The notes beneath the pieces were generated by a model that was not told where the DNA came from, made no database searches, and was given only the letters and a program-made list of their open reading frames with translations. From a virus (lineage: Duplodnaviria > Caudoviricetes): a stretch of DNA of 64,000 nucleotides. Both the position numbers and the translations under genes were made by a program. Of the stretch, positions 30,149 through 38,704 are shown piece by piece; position 1 is the first letter of the stretch, and the number at the start of each line of letters is the position of its first letter. Location: IMG/VR virus record IMGVR_UViG_3300027874_000011, positions 1 through 64,000 of that record; one strand, written 5' to 3'.

Positions 30149-30406
30149 TTAGCCAACGCGGGTGACCCAGGTCGTAGAACCATCGTTCCAGTCGAAGATC
30201 TCCACGAACGAGTACGCCTTGGAGTGGCGGCGCAGATGGCGGTAGTTGGACTGCACCCAGGTCAGGATCTCGGCCAGCGTCTCGGCCTCGAACAGCATGG
30301 CTGGCTCGGGGTCGAAGTAGCCCTTCTCGCCGTGCCGCTGGTGGTCGTGGTGCCACTGGTAGGCCGCGTACCGGCTGGTAACCGGCTCGCGGCCACAGGC
30401 GACCAT
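30149..30406 (-). CDS. Small hypothetical protein
   Basis: 85 aa, coupled TGATG start. Confidence 0.55.
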   Translation of the reverse strand: MVACGREPVTSRYAAYQWHHDHQRHGEKGYFDPEPAMLFEAETLAEILTWVQSNYRHLRRHSKAYSFVEIFDWNDGSTTWVTRVG

Positions 30407-30651
30407 CAGTCGCCCGCGTCTTTGCGGACAGCCGAGATCAGGATGCGACCGTCGCCCAGGCCCCCGACCTTCAGTTCGTAGCTCATCAGGTAGGCCACGT
30501 CCTGGGGGTTGCCCAGGCCGGAGATGGTGACCGAGCCACCCTCATCCAGCGCGATCTTGATGAGCAGCAGCGTCTTGAGCACCTGGGCGTTGTCGATCTC
30601 CACCATGCCGCGCGGCACGCGGCCGTCCGAGTCCACGTATTCGATGGGCAT
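30406..30651 (-). CDS. Small hypothetical protein
   Basis: 81 aa, operon-packed. Confidence 0.55.
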   Translation of the reverse strand: MPIEYVDSDGRVPRGMVEIDNAQVLKTLLLIKIALDEGGSVTISGLGNPQDVAYLMSYELKVGGLGDGRILISAVRKDAGD

Positions 30652-30654
30652 GGC

Positions 30655-33165
30655 CTAATGGTCCACCACAATCGTCGTCCGAATCAGCGGCAGGTTGGTG
30701 TCGCCCATCAGCGTGGCGCGCACCCAGGTCGGGCGCTCGCGCGGCGTGTCGCGGTACAGGATGCGGTTGTGGGCGCGCCGCCACCAGCAGTGCTTGCGCT
30801 CGAAGTCGCGCCCAGGCCCAGGGGCTTCCGAGCGCGCGGGCTTCGGCTCGGGCGCGCGCAGATGGATCACGAACGCGCCCAGGTCGTCGGGGATCGGGTG
30901 GTGGAACGGCTTGATGTTGCGCTCCACCTCGCGCCTGACGGCTCGATGCGCGCGGATGTGGGGCGTCTCGGTGTACTTGGAATTCAAGAAGCTGAGCCGC
31001 TTGAGCAGAAACTCGATCAGGCTGTGCTCCTCACCCTTGGCGATGTCCGGCCAGCGCGCACCGTAGGGCACGATGGCTCCGGTCAGCATGACCGTGCCGT
31101 CGCGCTTGTTGTCGTCGGCCAGCGGGCACCACACCTCGTAGCCGCGTGCCGTCTCCAGCACCAGCATCCAGTCGATGCGCGCCTCGGGCGCACCCATCGC
31201 CGCCTCGAAGCTCCAGAACATGGCCGGGTGGGGTGCCAGGCCGCGTGTGACGTGGTGGGCGGGCAGATCCGGCTCGTCGGCCAACTCATCCACCTTGGAG
31301 GTCCACAGGTACGGCACCGAGTCGTGCAGCCCGTGGGTGAGGTACAGGCCCATCGCCTCGGCCATCGTCGGGTCGTCCCAATGACGGGCGATGAACGGGT
31401 CGAAGCGCATCGAGCCGTACTTGCCCTCGGTGCCCGGGATGCCGAGCGAGGTGGCTGCGGCCAGCGTCATGCCGTACTTTTCGGCCAGCGCGTGCCACGC
31501 CTCGGTGTTGCGCCACAGCCCGTTGCGGGCCTGCTCGGAGTGGATGTGCTGCATGTAGCGCTCCAGCAGCGGATGCCGCTGGTAGCCCGCCGCGATCTGG
31601 CGGCGCTCCAGGGATTGATGCACGGCCTCGTCGCCCTCGGCCACCAGGCGCAGGTTGCCCTGCTCGTCCTCGACCATCATGGCGACCTCGCCAGTAGCAC
31701 GGACGCGCGCGGCCAGATCCGGCGGCGCGTCGGGGTGGTCGGCGGACATGACCTCGATGCGCCCGTCGTGGTTGCGCACGCCCGCTCGCCGCTCGGCTCG
31801 CTCCACGTCGGTCGCCAGCTTCTGCAGCCGCGCGCCCTCGTTCTCGCGGTAGTCCACCCGCACCCGCGCGCCCGACCGATGGCGGAAGAACTGGTTGTGC
31901 AGGCGGATGCCCCACGGCCGTACGAGGTCGTGGAATTTCCTGGGCTTGCTGCGCAGGTAGCGGTTGACCAGGCTCATGCGGTCGTTGCTCTCGATGGACA
32001 TGGCGCAGCGCTCGCACGCCGCCCACGCGCCAGCCGAGCGGTAGTCTTCGCCGTTCGGCGTGTCGAGCACGAAGTCGTCGCACGGGTATTCCCACGCCGG
32101 CTCGTCGGAGTTGCAGAAGTCGCAGCGGCCCTCGGCGGCATCCTCGATGCTGTTCGGTCGGAAGCTCGACATCAGGTCGGTGAATTCCGCCCGCCCATCC
32201 GGGTAGCGCTTGAGCAGCGCGAAGGCGTCTGCGCTGAACTGCGCCTCCTGCTCGGTGAACGCCTTGCCCTTGTAGCCCTTGCGCCGCGCGATGGCCGTGG
32301 TCGCCGCCGCGAAGTCTTTCATGTTCATCGGGCCGTTCTTCTGGCGCATCGCGGCCAGTTCCTCGGCGGCTTGCTCCAAAACGCGCGAGCGCTCGGACGA
32401 CTCGTTGGCCGCATCGACGGCGGTCGTCAGCTTGCGAGCCTGCTCGTCGCTCAGATCCGAGTGGTCGTGCTCGGCGTGGTCGGCGGGAGCCGTCTGCGCG
32501 GTATCGCGAACGAACGTTCGCAGGATGCCATCGACGCTGATCTTGCCACCCTGCCTGGTTGTCTCCTGGCGGGGTCGGCCGTACATCTCCGCGATGACCT
32601 TCGAGATGGGGTCGTTGTCAGCCGGCGGGTAGGCGTAAGTGAATTCACGGTCGCCCAGGCCGGAGGCGACCATCTCGTTGAACGTCTTCTGCATGTCCCA
32701 CCCGCGCCGCTTGCCGAACTGGATGGCAAGCTTGGCCTCCGGGTCGCGCGTGGTCAGCAGCATGCGGCGGTCTTTGTCGTCTTCGATCTCCAGCGTGAGC
32801 GGCTCGCCGTCGTCGGGGATCTTGCTCTGGACGCCAGCCTCGCGCTCGCGCTTCATCTCCTCGGGGATGAAGTCGGCCAGCTTGCTGACGTTCCACGTGG
32901 CTGACTCGCGGTAGCCGTCTTTGACGAAGTGGGGGTCGCTGGTGACCACCGTCACGTCGCGCTCGCCCAGGCCGGCCTCGACCAGGCGGTCGAGCGTCTC
33001 GGGGAGTAGCTCACCTTTGTGGTAGCTGTCGTCAAAGATCTTGATGATCTCCGAGTCGCCCGTCTCGATTATGGTGTCGTCACGGCGGCTGTCGTGGCCG
33101 CGATGGTCGGCGGACTTGTGCCCGCCGATCTCGGCCGAGAAGCGGTAGCGTCGGCGCTTTGCCAT
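30655..33165 (-). CDS. Large multidomain hypothetical protein (836 aa)
   Basis: ATG 33165 overlaps the radical SAM stop. Internal CDFC...WAACERC Zn-like domain. C-terminal HCWWRRAHNR...PTWVRATLMG motif. Confidence 0.75.
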   Translation of the reverse strand: MAKRRRYRFSAEIGGHKSADHRGHDSRRDDTIIETGDSEIIKIFDDSYHKGELLPETLDRLVEAGLGERDVTVVTSDPHFVKDGYRESATWNVSKLADFIPEEMKREREAGVQSKIPDDGEPLTLEIEDDKDRRMLLTTRDPEAKLAIQFGKRRGWDMQKTFNEMVASGLGDREFTYAYPPADNDPISKVIAEMYGRPRQETTRQGGKISVDGILRTFVRDTAQTAPADHAEHDHSDLSDEQARKLTTAVDAANESSERSRVLEQAAEELAAMRQKNGPMNMKDFAAATTAIARRKGYKGKAFTEQEAQFSADAFALLKRYPDGRAEFTDLMSSFRPNSIEDAAEGRCDFCNSDEPAWEYPCDDFVLDTPNGEDYRSAGAWAACERCAMSIESNDRMSLVNRYLRSKPRKFHDLVRPWGIRLHNQFFRHRSGARVRVDYRENEGARLQKLATDVERAERRAGVRNHDGRIEVMSADHPDAPPDLAARVRATGEVAMMVEDEQGNLRLVAEGDEAVHQSLERRQIAAGYQRHPLLERYMQHIHSEQARNGLWRNTEAWHALAEKYGMTLAAATSLGIPGTEGKYGSMRFDPFIARHWDDPTMAEAMGLYLTHGLHDSVPYLWTSKVDELADEPDLPAHHVTRGLAPHPAMFWSFEAAMGAPEARIDWMLVLETARGYEVWCPLADDNKRDGTVMLTGAIVPYGARWPDIAKGEEHSLIEFLLKRLSFLNSKYTETPHIRAHRAVRREVERNIKPFHHPIPDDLGAFVIHLRAPEPKPARSEAPGPGRDFERKHCWWRRAHNRILYRDTPRERPTWVRATLMGDTNLPLIRTTIVVDH

Positions 33166-33860
33166 CAGGCCGCGACCTCGACTTCCTCCCACAGCACCAC
33201 CTGACCGGTGGCGCGCGTGGCGCGCATGTCGATCACCCGCTGGTTGCCTGAGCCGGTCCACGGCCCCGCGCCGCCTGAGAGCGCCATGACGTACGGACCG
33301 TCGATCAGCACGTCGATCTGATCGAGCACATGCTGGACATCAGGCCCACGCCGGTTGAGCGCTTCGTAGGTGAAGCCCGAGTAGACCAGAATGTGGACAT
33401 CAGGCTCCCTGGCGCGTAGCTGCGAGACGAGCCACGACAGCGCTTCCGGCTGCGCGAACGGCTCGCCGCCCAGGATGGTCACCCCGTCGTGCGGCTCCTC
33501 CAGCAGCGACTTGGCAACGTCCACGACCGGCACGTCCGTGCCAGCCTCGAAGTCCCACGTCTCGGGCACGTAGCACCCCTGGCAGCGAATCGGGCACCCC
33601 TGCATCCGCACGACCGAGCGTCGGCCCGGTCCCTCGATCAGCGATTGGTGCCAGACGCCAGAGATGCGCAGCACTGGCCCGGTGCCAGTGACGGACGGAA
33701 GGCTCATCCCGTTAGTCGGCCGCGCGCACGCGAGGCCCTCTGGCGCACCGAGCAGGCTCGCCAGGTCAGCACCGATCTCGGAGGCGATCTCCGAGTCAGT
33801 GCTCTCGACCAGCAGGTTCCCGGCCTCCTCGTCTAACAGAGCGAGAAGGATCTCGGGCAC
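33165..33860 (-). CDS. Radical SAM protein, NrdG-like '4Fe-4S single cluster' family
   Basis: CPIRCQGC (CxxxCxxC), GVTILGGEPF, YSGFTYE, DVLIDGPY, GSGNQRVID. Confidence 0.88.
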   Translation of the reverse strand: MPEILLALLDEEAGNLLVESTDSEIASEIGADLASLLGAPEGLACARPTNGMSLPSVTGTGPVLRISGVWHQSLIEGPGRRSVVRMQGCPIRCQGCYVPETWDFEAGTDVPVVDVAKSLLEEPHDGVTILGGEPFAQPEALSWLVSQLRAREPDVHILVYSGFTYEALNRRGPDVQHVLDQIDVLIDGPYVMALSGGAGPWTGSGNQRVIDMRATRATGQVVLWEEVEVAA

Positions 33861-33862
33861 GG

Positions 33863-34075
33863 CTACTTCCTCCGCTGCGCTTGCCGCTGCGCCTGAGCGG
33901 GAGCCTTGACGACTTCCTTCTCGGTCAGTTCAGCCTTCTCGACGGTCTTCGCATCGCCGCCCAGGTCCGCGAGGTCTTTGTCGAAGTCAGACTGCAGCTT
34001 GTGCATCGACTTCGGGCCTTTGAACGACACGCTCATGCCGCCGTTCTCGTCTACTTCAAAGGTGATGGTGGGCAC
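33863..34075 (-). CDS. DUF2997-like small protein
   Basis: TITFEVDENGGMSVSFKG...DLG pattern and adjacency to a DUF1257-like gene. The usual Cys after the KG motif is absent. Confidence 0.6.
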   Translation of the reverse strand: MPTITFEVDENGGMSVSFKGPKSMHKLQSDFDKDLADLGGDAKTVEKAELTEKEVVKAPAQAQRQAQRRK

Positions 34076-34114
34076 TGAATTCTCCTTGTGTCCTGAAAGA
34101 GGAGGGCTGGCGTC

Positions 34115-34594
34115 CTAGTAGGACACCAGCACCCGGGTTGCACCATTGACCGTCTGCTTGCGCACGGTCGCGTTCGCGGGGATCTTGCCGAGCGCCTTGA
34201 GGCGCGGGATGGTCTTCGTCAGCACGGTCTTGATGGCCGTGTCGCCATTGACCTTGGCGTACGCCGACTGGATGGCGTCTTCGATCTTGACGGCCTTTGG
34301 ACCACCCTTGGGGTCCGCGACCATCGCCGGAATGTGACCATCGGTCAGCATCGTGTACGACCCGTCAGCGGTCTTCGCGAAGCCCACGTCCACGTAGGAG
34401 TAGGTACCGATGCGCGAGAACTCTGACTTGGGGATCACGATCTCGGCTGACTGCTTGTTGTCGTAGTTGTAGTAGCCCGACAGCCGGTGGGCCTTGTCGT
34501 ACACCTGGGCCTGGAGGCCGAGGGTCGCGATGGCCGCGAGCAGCACCTCTTTGTTGCGAATGCCGCTCAATGCGTAGGACGTGTAGGTGGACAG
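34115..34594 (-). CDS. DUF1257 (Ycf35-like) protein, probable CTG start
   Basis: STYT...IRNKEVLLAAIATLG...LSGYY...AEIVI...DVGF...GSYTMLTD matches the family pattern. GGAGG RBS 8 nt before CTG 34594. Confidence 0.75.
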   Translation of the reverse strand: MSTYTSYALSGIRNKEVLLAAIATLGLQAQVYDKAHRLSGYYNYDNKQSAEIVIPKSEFSRIGTYSYVDVGFAKTADGSYTMLTDGHIPAMVADPKGGPKAVKIEDAIQSAYAKVNGDTAIKTVLTKTIPRLKALGKIPANATVRKQTVNGATRVLVSY

Positions 34595-34644
34595 GGGATC
34601 ACCCTCCTCTCTTGGTTTCGCCGTTCCTTCTTCGGCTTGATTCA

Positions 34645-34674
34645 ATTCTAACGGACGTTCGCACGGATGCGCAA
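34645..34674 (-). promoter_or_regulatory. Promoter type P (TTGCGC-N4-GTGCGA-N8-TAGAAT)
   Basis: Heads the DUF1257 operon. Confidence 0.75.
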
Positions 34675-34701
34675 CCTTTTCCTGGCCGGTTCGCTCGAAG
34701 T

Positions 34702-34715
34702 GATAACGGGTTATC
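34702..34715. promoter_or_regulatory. Palindrome GATAACGGGTTATC (copy 3)
   Basis: Contains the stop codon of the upstream minus-strand ORF; 27 nt from the -35 of the 34645-34674 promoter. Confidence 0.6.
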
Positions 34716-35076
34716 GGTCACCGTGCGCCTCCCACCAGCGGCGTAGCTCGTCGGTCACTTCCTCCATAGGCGACGTGTCGTTGGGGTCGTGCTCGTGCGG
34801 CCAGCCGGTCCAGGCGATGCTGCCGTCGTAGCGGTGGACGCCGTAACGCACGATAGCCTGCTGCGCCTCCTTCTCGGTGTCGAACGAGAACACGGGTAGC
34901 GCCGAGCGCGTGGCTTGCCGCTCGCGCGGACCGGCCCACTGCGCAACCGGCTTGCCGCGTGTCCAGCGCGGGTTGGGCGGATCGCCCCGTTTGCGTCGGA
35001 CCCTGTAACTCAGGGTTCCGTCTGCTCATATGAGGACTTGGTAGTCCCGCGTCAGGTCGTCGGCGTTGTAGGTCAC
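34711..35076 (-). pseudogene. Hypothetical gene interrupted by in-frame TGA at codon 17 (pseudogene or readthrough)
   Basis: GGAGG RBS plus GTGA-coupled start: MTYNADDLTRDYQVLI*ADGTLSYRVRRK...FSFDTEKEAQQ...; TGA at 35026-35028. Confidence 0.45.
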
Positions 35077-35450
35077 TCGGTTACCTCCCAATGGGTTAGC
35101 TCGAAGCCGTGATCGCGGACCAAGTAGGCGCGCGGGCCGATCTGGATCACGTCACCGACGCTCATCGAGCGCCGCTGCTGGCCGTCTGGACGGTCGTCGG
35201 CGTTGTACTTGGCCCACAGCCGATTGCAGACGAACACGTCTTCGGGGTTGTCATCCCACCCCTCCTCGACGGGGCCGGCCTCGTACATGCCCAACTGCCA
35301 GTAGTCGCGGCACTGCTGCGCCCACTCGTCGCCCGTGTCGAACGGGAGCCACGGCATCTTCGAGCCGTCGAGCACGATCAGGTTGTTGTCGCGACTCGGG
35401 GTCTGCCCCGACAGGCGTATCCAGTCGAGGTAGTGCGTCTTCACGATCAT
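35073..35450 (-). CDS. YodL-like domain protein
   Basis: YNADDRPDGQQRRSMSVGDVIQIGPRAYLVRDHGF matches the YodL RSLSVSDV...AYYVD..GF pattern. ATGA-coupled start. Confidence 0.6.
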   Translation of the reverse strand: MIVKTHYLDWIRLSGQTPSRDNNLIVLDGSKMPWLPFDTGDEWAQQCRDYWQLGMYEAGPVEEGWDDNPEDVFVCNRLWAKYNADDRPDGQQRRSMSVGDVIQIGPRAYLVRDHGFELTHWEVTE

Positions 35451-35845
35451 CCTCGTCGTCTCTGCCGTCTCGATTTGCGCTGCTGGTCGCTGCGACGGCG
35501 CTGCTGGTCCCGAGCGTACTGCGCCAACCCCGCCTCGTAGCCAGCGTCGTACTGATGCCGCTCCTGGGCCAGCGAGCGCGTCCGCAGGATCGCTCCGCAC
35601 TCGGGGCAGGTATGCCGCAGGCGGCTCAGCCCGTCCGCGACCTGGCGCGCGGTCTTGCGCCGTTCCTCGGGAATCTCCTCGATGCCCTGGCACTCAAGTG
35701 CACACTCCTCGTTCAGGATGACGCCGTGATAGGCGCGATGCTTCTGCCACTCGTCGTGGGCGATCTGGTCGGCGTACGTCGAAGCTCGGGGCAGGCCGCG
35801 CGTCCCATCGCGGCGTCCCCGCTCGTAGGGGTTGGGGGCCGGCAT
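35447..35845 (-). CDS. Hypothetical protein with CPECG motif
   Basis: 132 aa, operon-packed. Confidence 0.55.
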   Translation of the reverse strand: MPAPNPYERGRRDGTRGLPRASTYADQIAHDEWQKHRAYHGVILNEECALECQGIEEIPEERRKTARQVADGLSRLRHTCPECGAILRTRSLAQERHQYDAGYEAGLAQYARDQQRRRSDQQRKSRRQRRRG

Positions 35846-35848
35846 CGC

Positions 35849-36433
35849 TCAGTAGCAGGTATCGCAGGCGCAATGAGCGTGGCGTCCGCCACTGGCTGGC
35901 GACCCTGAGCGGCAGTTCGGGGAGCCGTTGTGGGATGGCCCAGGTCCGCCGCGCTTGCATAGCTCGCAGTCGGGGTTGTCGGCATATGCCTTGGCGCGCT
36001 CGCGCGGCGTGCCGGGCACCAGCGGTTGAGCCGCTTGGGTCGGCTGAGACATCTGTTCGGTCAGATGCCTGGCGCGCGACGGCCGGTTGACCGGGAAGCC
36101 GTTGTCTGTGCGCGGACGTGGCGCGGGCGGCGGGGGAGGTGGCGCTGCGGGGCGCTGCATCTCGCGCTCACGCTGCATCTGCATCTGGCGCTCGATGTGG
36201 CGCTCGACCTCGCGCAACGGCTCGTCGGGGGTGACATACGGGCTGATTGACCGGCGCATGGGTGGGCGCGGTCCCTGCTGGACGCAATCGAGGTGCGAGG
36301 TGCGGCCTTTGGGTCGGCCAGCTTCGGGGTCGGCGGGCAGGAAGCTCACCGTATCCCCGGCGTTGATCGGGTTGCGGCAGTCCCAACAGCGACTGTCGTA
36401 TCGGGCGACTATCACGCGAGGTGTGGTGGACAC
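35849..36433 (-). CDS. Hypothetical Zn-binding protein (ARYDSRCWDC; C-terminal Cys/His cluster)
   Basis: AAGGAG RBS before GTG 36433. Confidence 0.6.
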   Translation of the reverse strand: MSTTPRVIVARYDSRCWDCRNPINAGDTVSFLPADPEAGRPKGRTSHLDCVQQGPRPPMRRSISPYVTPDEPLREVERHIERQMQMQREREMQRPAAPPPPPPAPRPRTDNGFPVNRPSRARHLTEQMSQPTQAAQPLVPGTPRERAKAYADNPDCELCKRGGPGPSHNGSPNCRSGSPASGGRHAHCACDTCY

Positions 36434-36452
36434 TGGTTCTCCTTGCATGCTC

Positions 36453-36482
36453 AGTGTACCCGATCAGCGCACGTCTTCGCTA
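36453..36482 (-). promoter_or_regulatory. Promoter type P variant (TAGCGA-N4-GTGCGC-N8-TACACT)
   Basis: Same spacing as the other copies; intergenic, upstream of GTG 36433. Confidence 0.6.
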
Positions 36483-36508
36483 GAATTCGCACGCCGACCG
36501 GGTGGGTA

Positions 36509-36997
36509 TCAGAAGGGCGAGTCGTCCGGCTCGGTGGCCTCGACCTCGCGCTCCAGGGCTTCTATCGGGATGGGCAGGACTTTCGGCCTGCGCGCCTCGT
36601 GCAGGATCTCCTCGATGCGGTTGAGCAACTGCCGCTCCTCGCTGACGGTGCCGAGCACGCGCCGCAACTCGCTGACGGTGTTGCCGACGAACTCCAAGTC
36701 CTCGCCGTCGAGCCGTTCCAGGGCGAAGTCTTCGAGAGCCTGCAGCAGGTTATCGACCTCGGGCTTCTCGATCAGCGTCTCGATGGTGAAGTCTTCACCC
36801 TCGCGCTCCAGGCGCTGCAAGTCGTCCAGGCGGACGCGGTACGCGCCGCCGATGCGCACGCCAGGGATGCGGCCCTGGCGAATCCATCTCCTGGCCGTGT
36901 CTTCATTCACGTCGTACCGCTCCGCGATCTGCTCGGTGTTCAGATACACGGGCGGCAGCGTCTTGGTGTTGTGGGCTAGTGCTGCGGTTTGGGTCAT
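36509..36997 (-). CDS. Excisionase-like HTH_17 (MerR-type wHTH) DNA-binding protein
   Basis: YLNTEQIAERYDVNEDTARRWIRQGRIPGVRIGGAYRVRLDDL. Confidence 0.85.
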   Translation of the reverse strand: MTQTAALAHNTKTLPPVYLNTEQIAERYDVNEDTARRWIRQGRIPGVRIGGAYRVRLDDLQRLEREGEDFTIETLIEKPEVDNLLQALEDFALERLDGEDLEFVGNTVSELRRVLGTVSEERQLLNRIEEILHEARRPKVLPIPIEALEREVEATEPDDSPF

Positions 36998-38161
36998 TTA
37001 CTCCTCCATGACCGCCACGACGGTGCCGCGTCCGGCGTACTTGTCCTTGGCCGCGTCGAGCGCTGACTGGATGTCTGAGGCCAGAACGCGGTCCTGCACC
37101 TCGGTCATGCGCACCTTGACGGTGAAGAACTTGCTGCCGGGTGGCAGTGGCGTGGCGGCTGTCTCGGTGGTGTTGTTGGTGGTGGGGCTGGTGCTGTCGG
37201 TAATCACGAACTGAACGGGGGCCTCCGTGGGGGCATTGGGCGACTTGGCAGGCGTTGCCACGGCGATCTCGCTTTCGGTGGTTTCGATGGTGACGGGCGG
37301 CTCGACCGGAGCCGGGGTCGGGGCCAATTCGATCATTGGCGTCTTGATCCAGGGTTGCTTGGGGTTGCGTACTTCGATGGAGAACCGAATGCCTGCCGCC
37401 ACCGCTGCCTCGGAGGTGCATACCTCCTCGACTCGCGCCTTGGGCATGTGCGTCCACTGCGATACGTGATACGCAGGGATCGGCCCCGGGTTGCGCTGCA
37501 AGTGCTGCACGACCCGCTGAATCCAGTACTCCTCGGGCACCCGCTCAGACACGACGTTCCAGACCGTTCCTGGCACGGTGTTGTACGTCGCGGCGATGTC
37601 ATTGACGGGTTCGCCCGTTCGCCATAGCTCGACTATTTCCTCCTGTTCGTTGTCGGGGATCTCAGGGGCTTTCATCCGACGCGGGGCGGGGATGATGCGC
37701 GCCTGTTGTTCTTCGCGCGGCATCTCACCCTCTTGGGGTGAGGTGTCTTCTGAGGTGAGCGTGCCGGGCACACCCCAAGCGTCGAGGTCAGCCTGCGTCT
37801 CGGCACGTTCGTCCGAGATGACGGCCACTCCATTGGCTACTTCTTCAGGCACTTCTTCGACTTCGGCTTCGACTTCTTCCGCTCGCTGACGTTCGACCTC
37901 GGCCATCACCCGCCGGGCTGCCTCCCAATCGCGTTTGGTGTACGGCTCGTAGTCGCGCAAAAAGCTCTGGCGGTCCGAGCGATGTGTTCCGCTGGCCTTG
38001 CCCTGCGACATGCCAGGCTTCTCCTGTACGTAGAACACGGCGATGGGTGTCGTCTTCTTGACCTTGCATATCTGCCCCGGGTGTGGCGCGGTGATCTTGA
38101 TCCAGCGTGTCCCGCCGGGAATGTTGACAACCGGCGCGTGGGATAAATCTTCGTCGGCCAC
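36998..38161 (-). CDS. Multidomain protein with central HTH; C-terminus paralogous to 62199-62669
   Basis: EQEEIVELWRTGEPVNDIAATYNTVPGTVWNVV HTH; C-terminal VLASDIQSALDAAK. AAAGGAG RBS. Confidence 0.65.
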   Translation of the reverse strand: MADEDLSHAPVVNIPGGTRWIKITAPHPGQICKVKKTTPIAVFYVQEKPGMSQGKASGTHRSDRQSFLRDYEPYTKRDWEAARRVMAEVERQRAEEVEAEVEEVPEEVANGVAVISDERAETQADLDAWGVPGTLTSEDTSPQEGEMPREEQQARIIPAPRRMKAPEIPDNEQEEIVELWRTGEPVNDIAATYNTVPGTVWNVVSERVPEEYWIQRVVQHLQRNPGPIPAYHVSQWTHMPKARVEEVCTSEAAVAAGIRFSIEVRNPKQPWIKTPMIELAPTPAPVEPPVTIETTESEIAVATPAKSPNAPTEAPVQFVITDSTSPTTNNTTETAATPLPPGSKFFTVKVRMTEVQDRVLASDIQSALDAAKDKYAGRGTVVAVMEE

Positions 38162-38194
38162 TGGTCTGCTCTCCTTTCCAACGTGTGTTGGCTA

Positions 38195-38224
38195 GTTATA
38201 GCACGGCCTCGCACGGATACGCAA
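38195..38224 (-). promoter_or_regulatory. Promoter type P (TTGCGT-N4-GTGCGA-N8-TATAAC)
   Basis: In the divergent intergenic region; TG extended -10. Confidence 0.75.
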
Positions 38225-38302
38225 AATTGGCCTCACACGCACCAGTGAGCAAACGTTGAGAAACGCACGCGCTCGGCGTTGCCTGTGTTAGGCTCGGATG
38301 GC

Positions 38303-38548
38303 GTGACGACCGAGGCAACAGTCGCCCCGAGCGCCAGGCCCGTATACCTCACCACGGAGGACATTGCGGTGCGCTACGGGGTCAACGAAGACACAGCTAG
38401 AAGGTGGATTCGCCAGAAGCGCTTACCCGCGATCAGGATCGGAGGGGCGTACCGCGTACGTCTGGATGACCTGTTGCGCCTGGAGCGCACCATCGCTGCC
38501 GAGCAGAGCAGCGGCGCACCCGCCGATACCGACAACGAGCCGTTCTAA
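38303..38548 (+). CDS. Excisionase-like HTH_17 protein, paralog of 36509-36997
   Basis: YLTTEDIAVRYGVNEDTARRWIRQKRLPAIRIGGAYRVRLDDL. Start uncertain (GTG 38303 or 38279). Confidence 0.8.
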   Translation: MTTEATVAPSARPVYLTTEDIAVRYGVNEDTARRWIRQKRLPAIRIGGAYRVRLDDLLRLERTIAAEQSSGAPADTDNEPF

Positions 38549-38704
38549 CGGTCAGGGCCGCTGGCACCGTCACTTCAACGTGCAGTGCCGGCTCTGTACT
38601 CGGATGATCTGGCCGCGCGTGACATGTGTGACCAAGACACCCGCGCGCAAGTGCCCCATCCCCGACATCGCCATCTGTCCGGAGTGTCGTAAAGTCTCGG
38701 CCGT

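Noticed and set aside
33165-33860. Anaerobic ribonucleotide reductase system (nrdDG)
   Set aside because: Only the activase-like gene is present. No NrdD or other glycyl-radical enzyme motif occurs in the window, so the symbol nrdG was not assigned.
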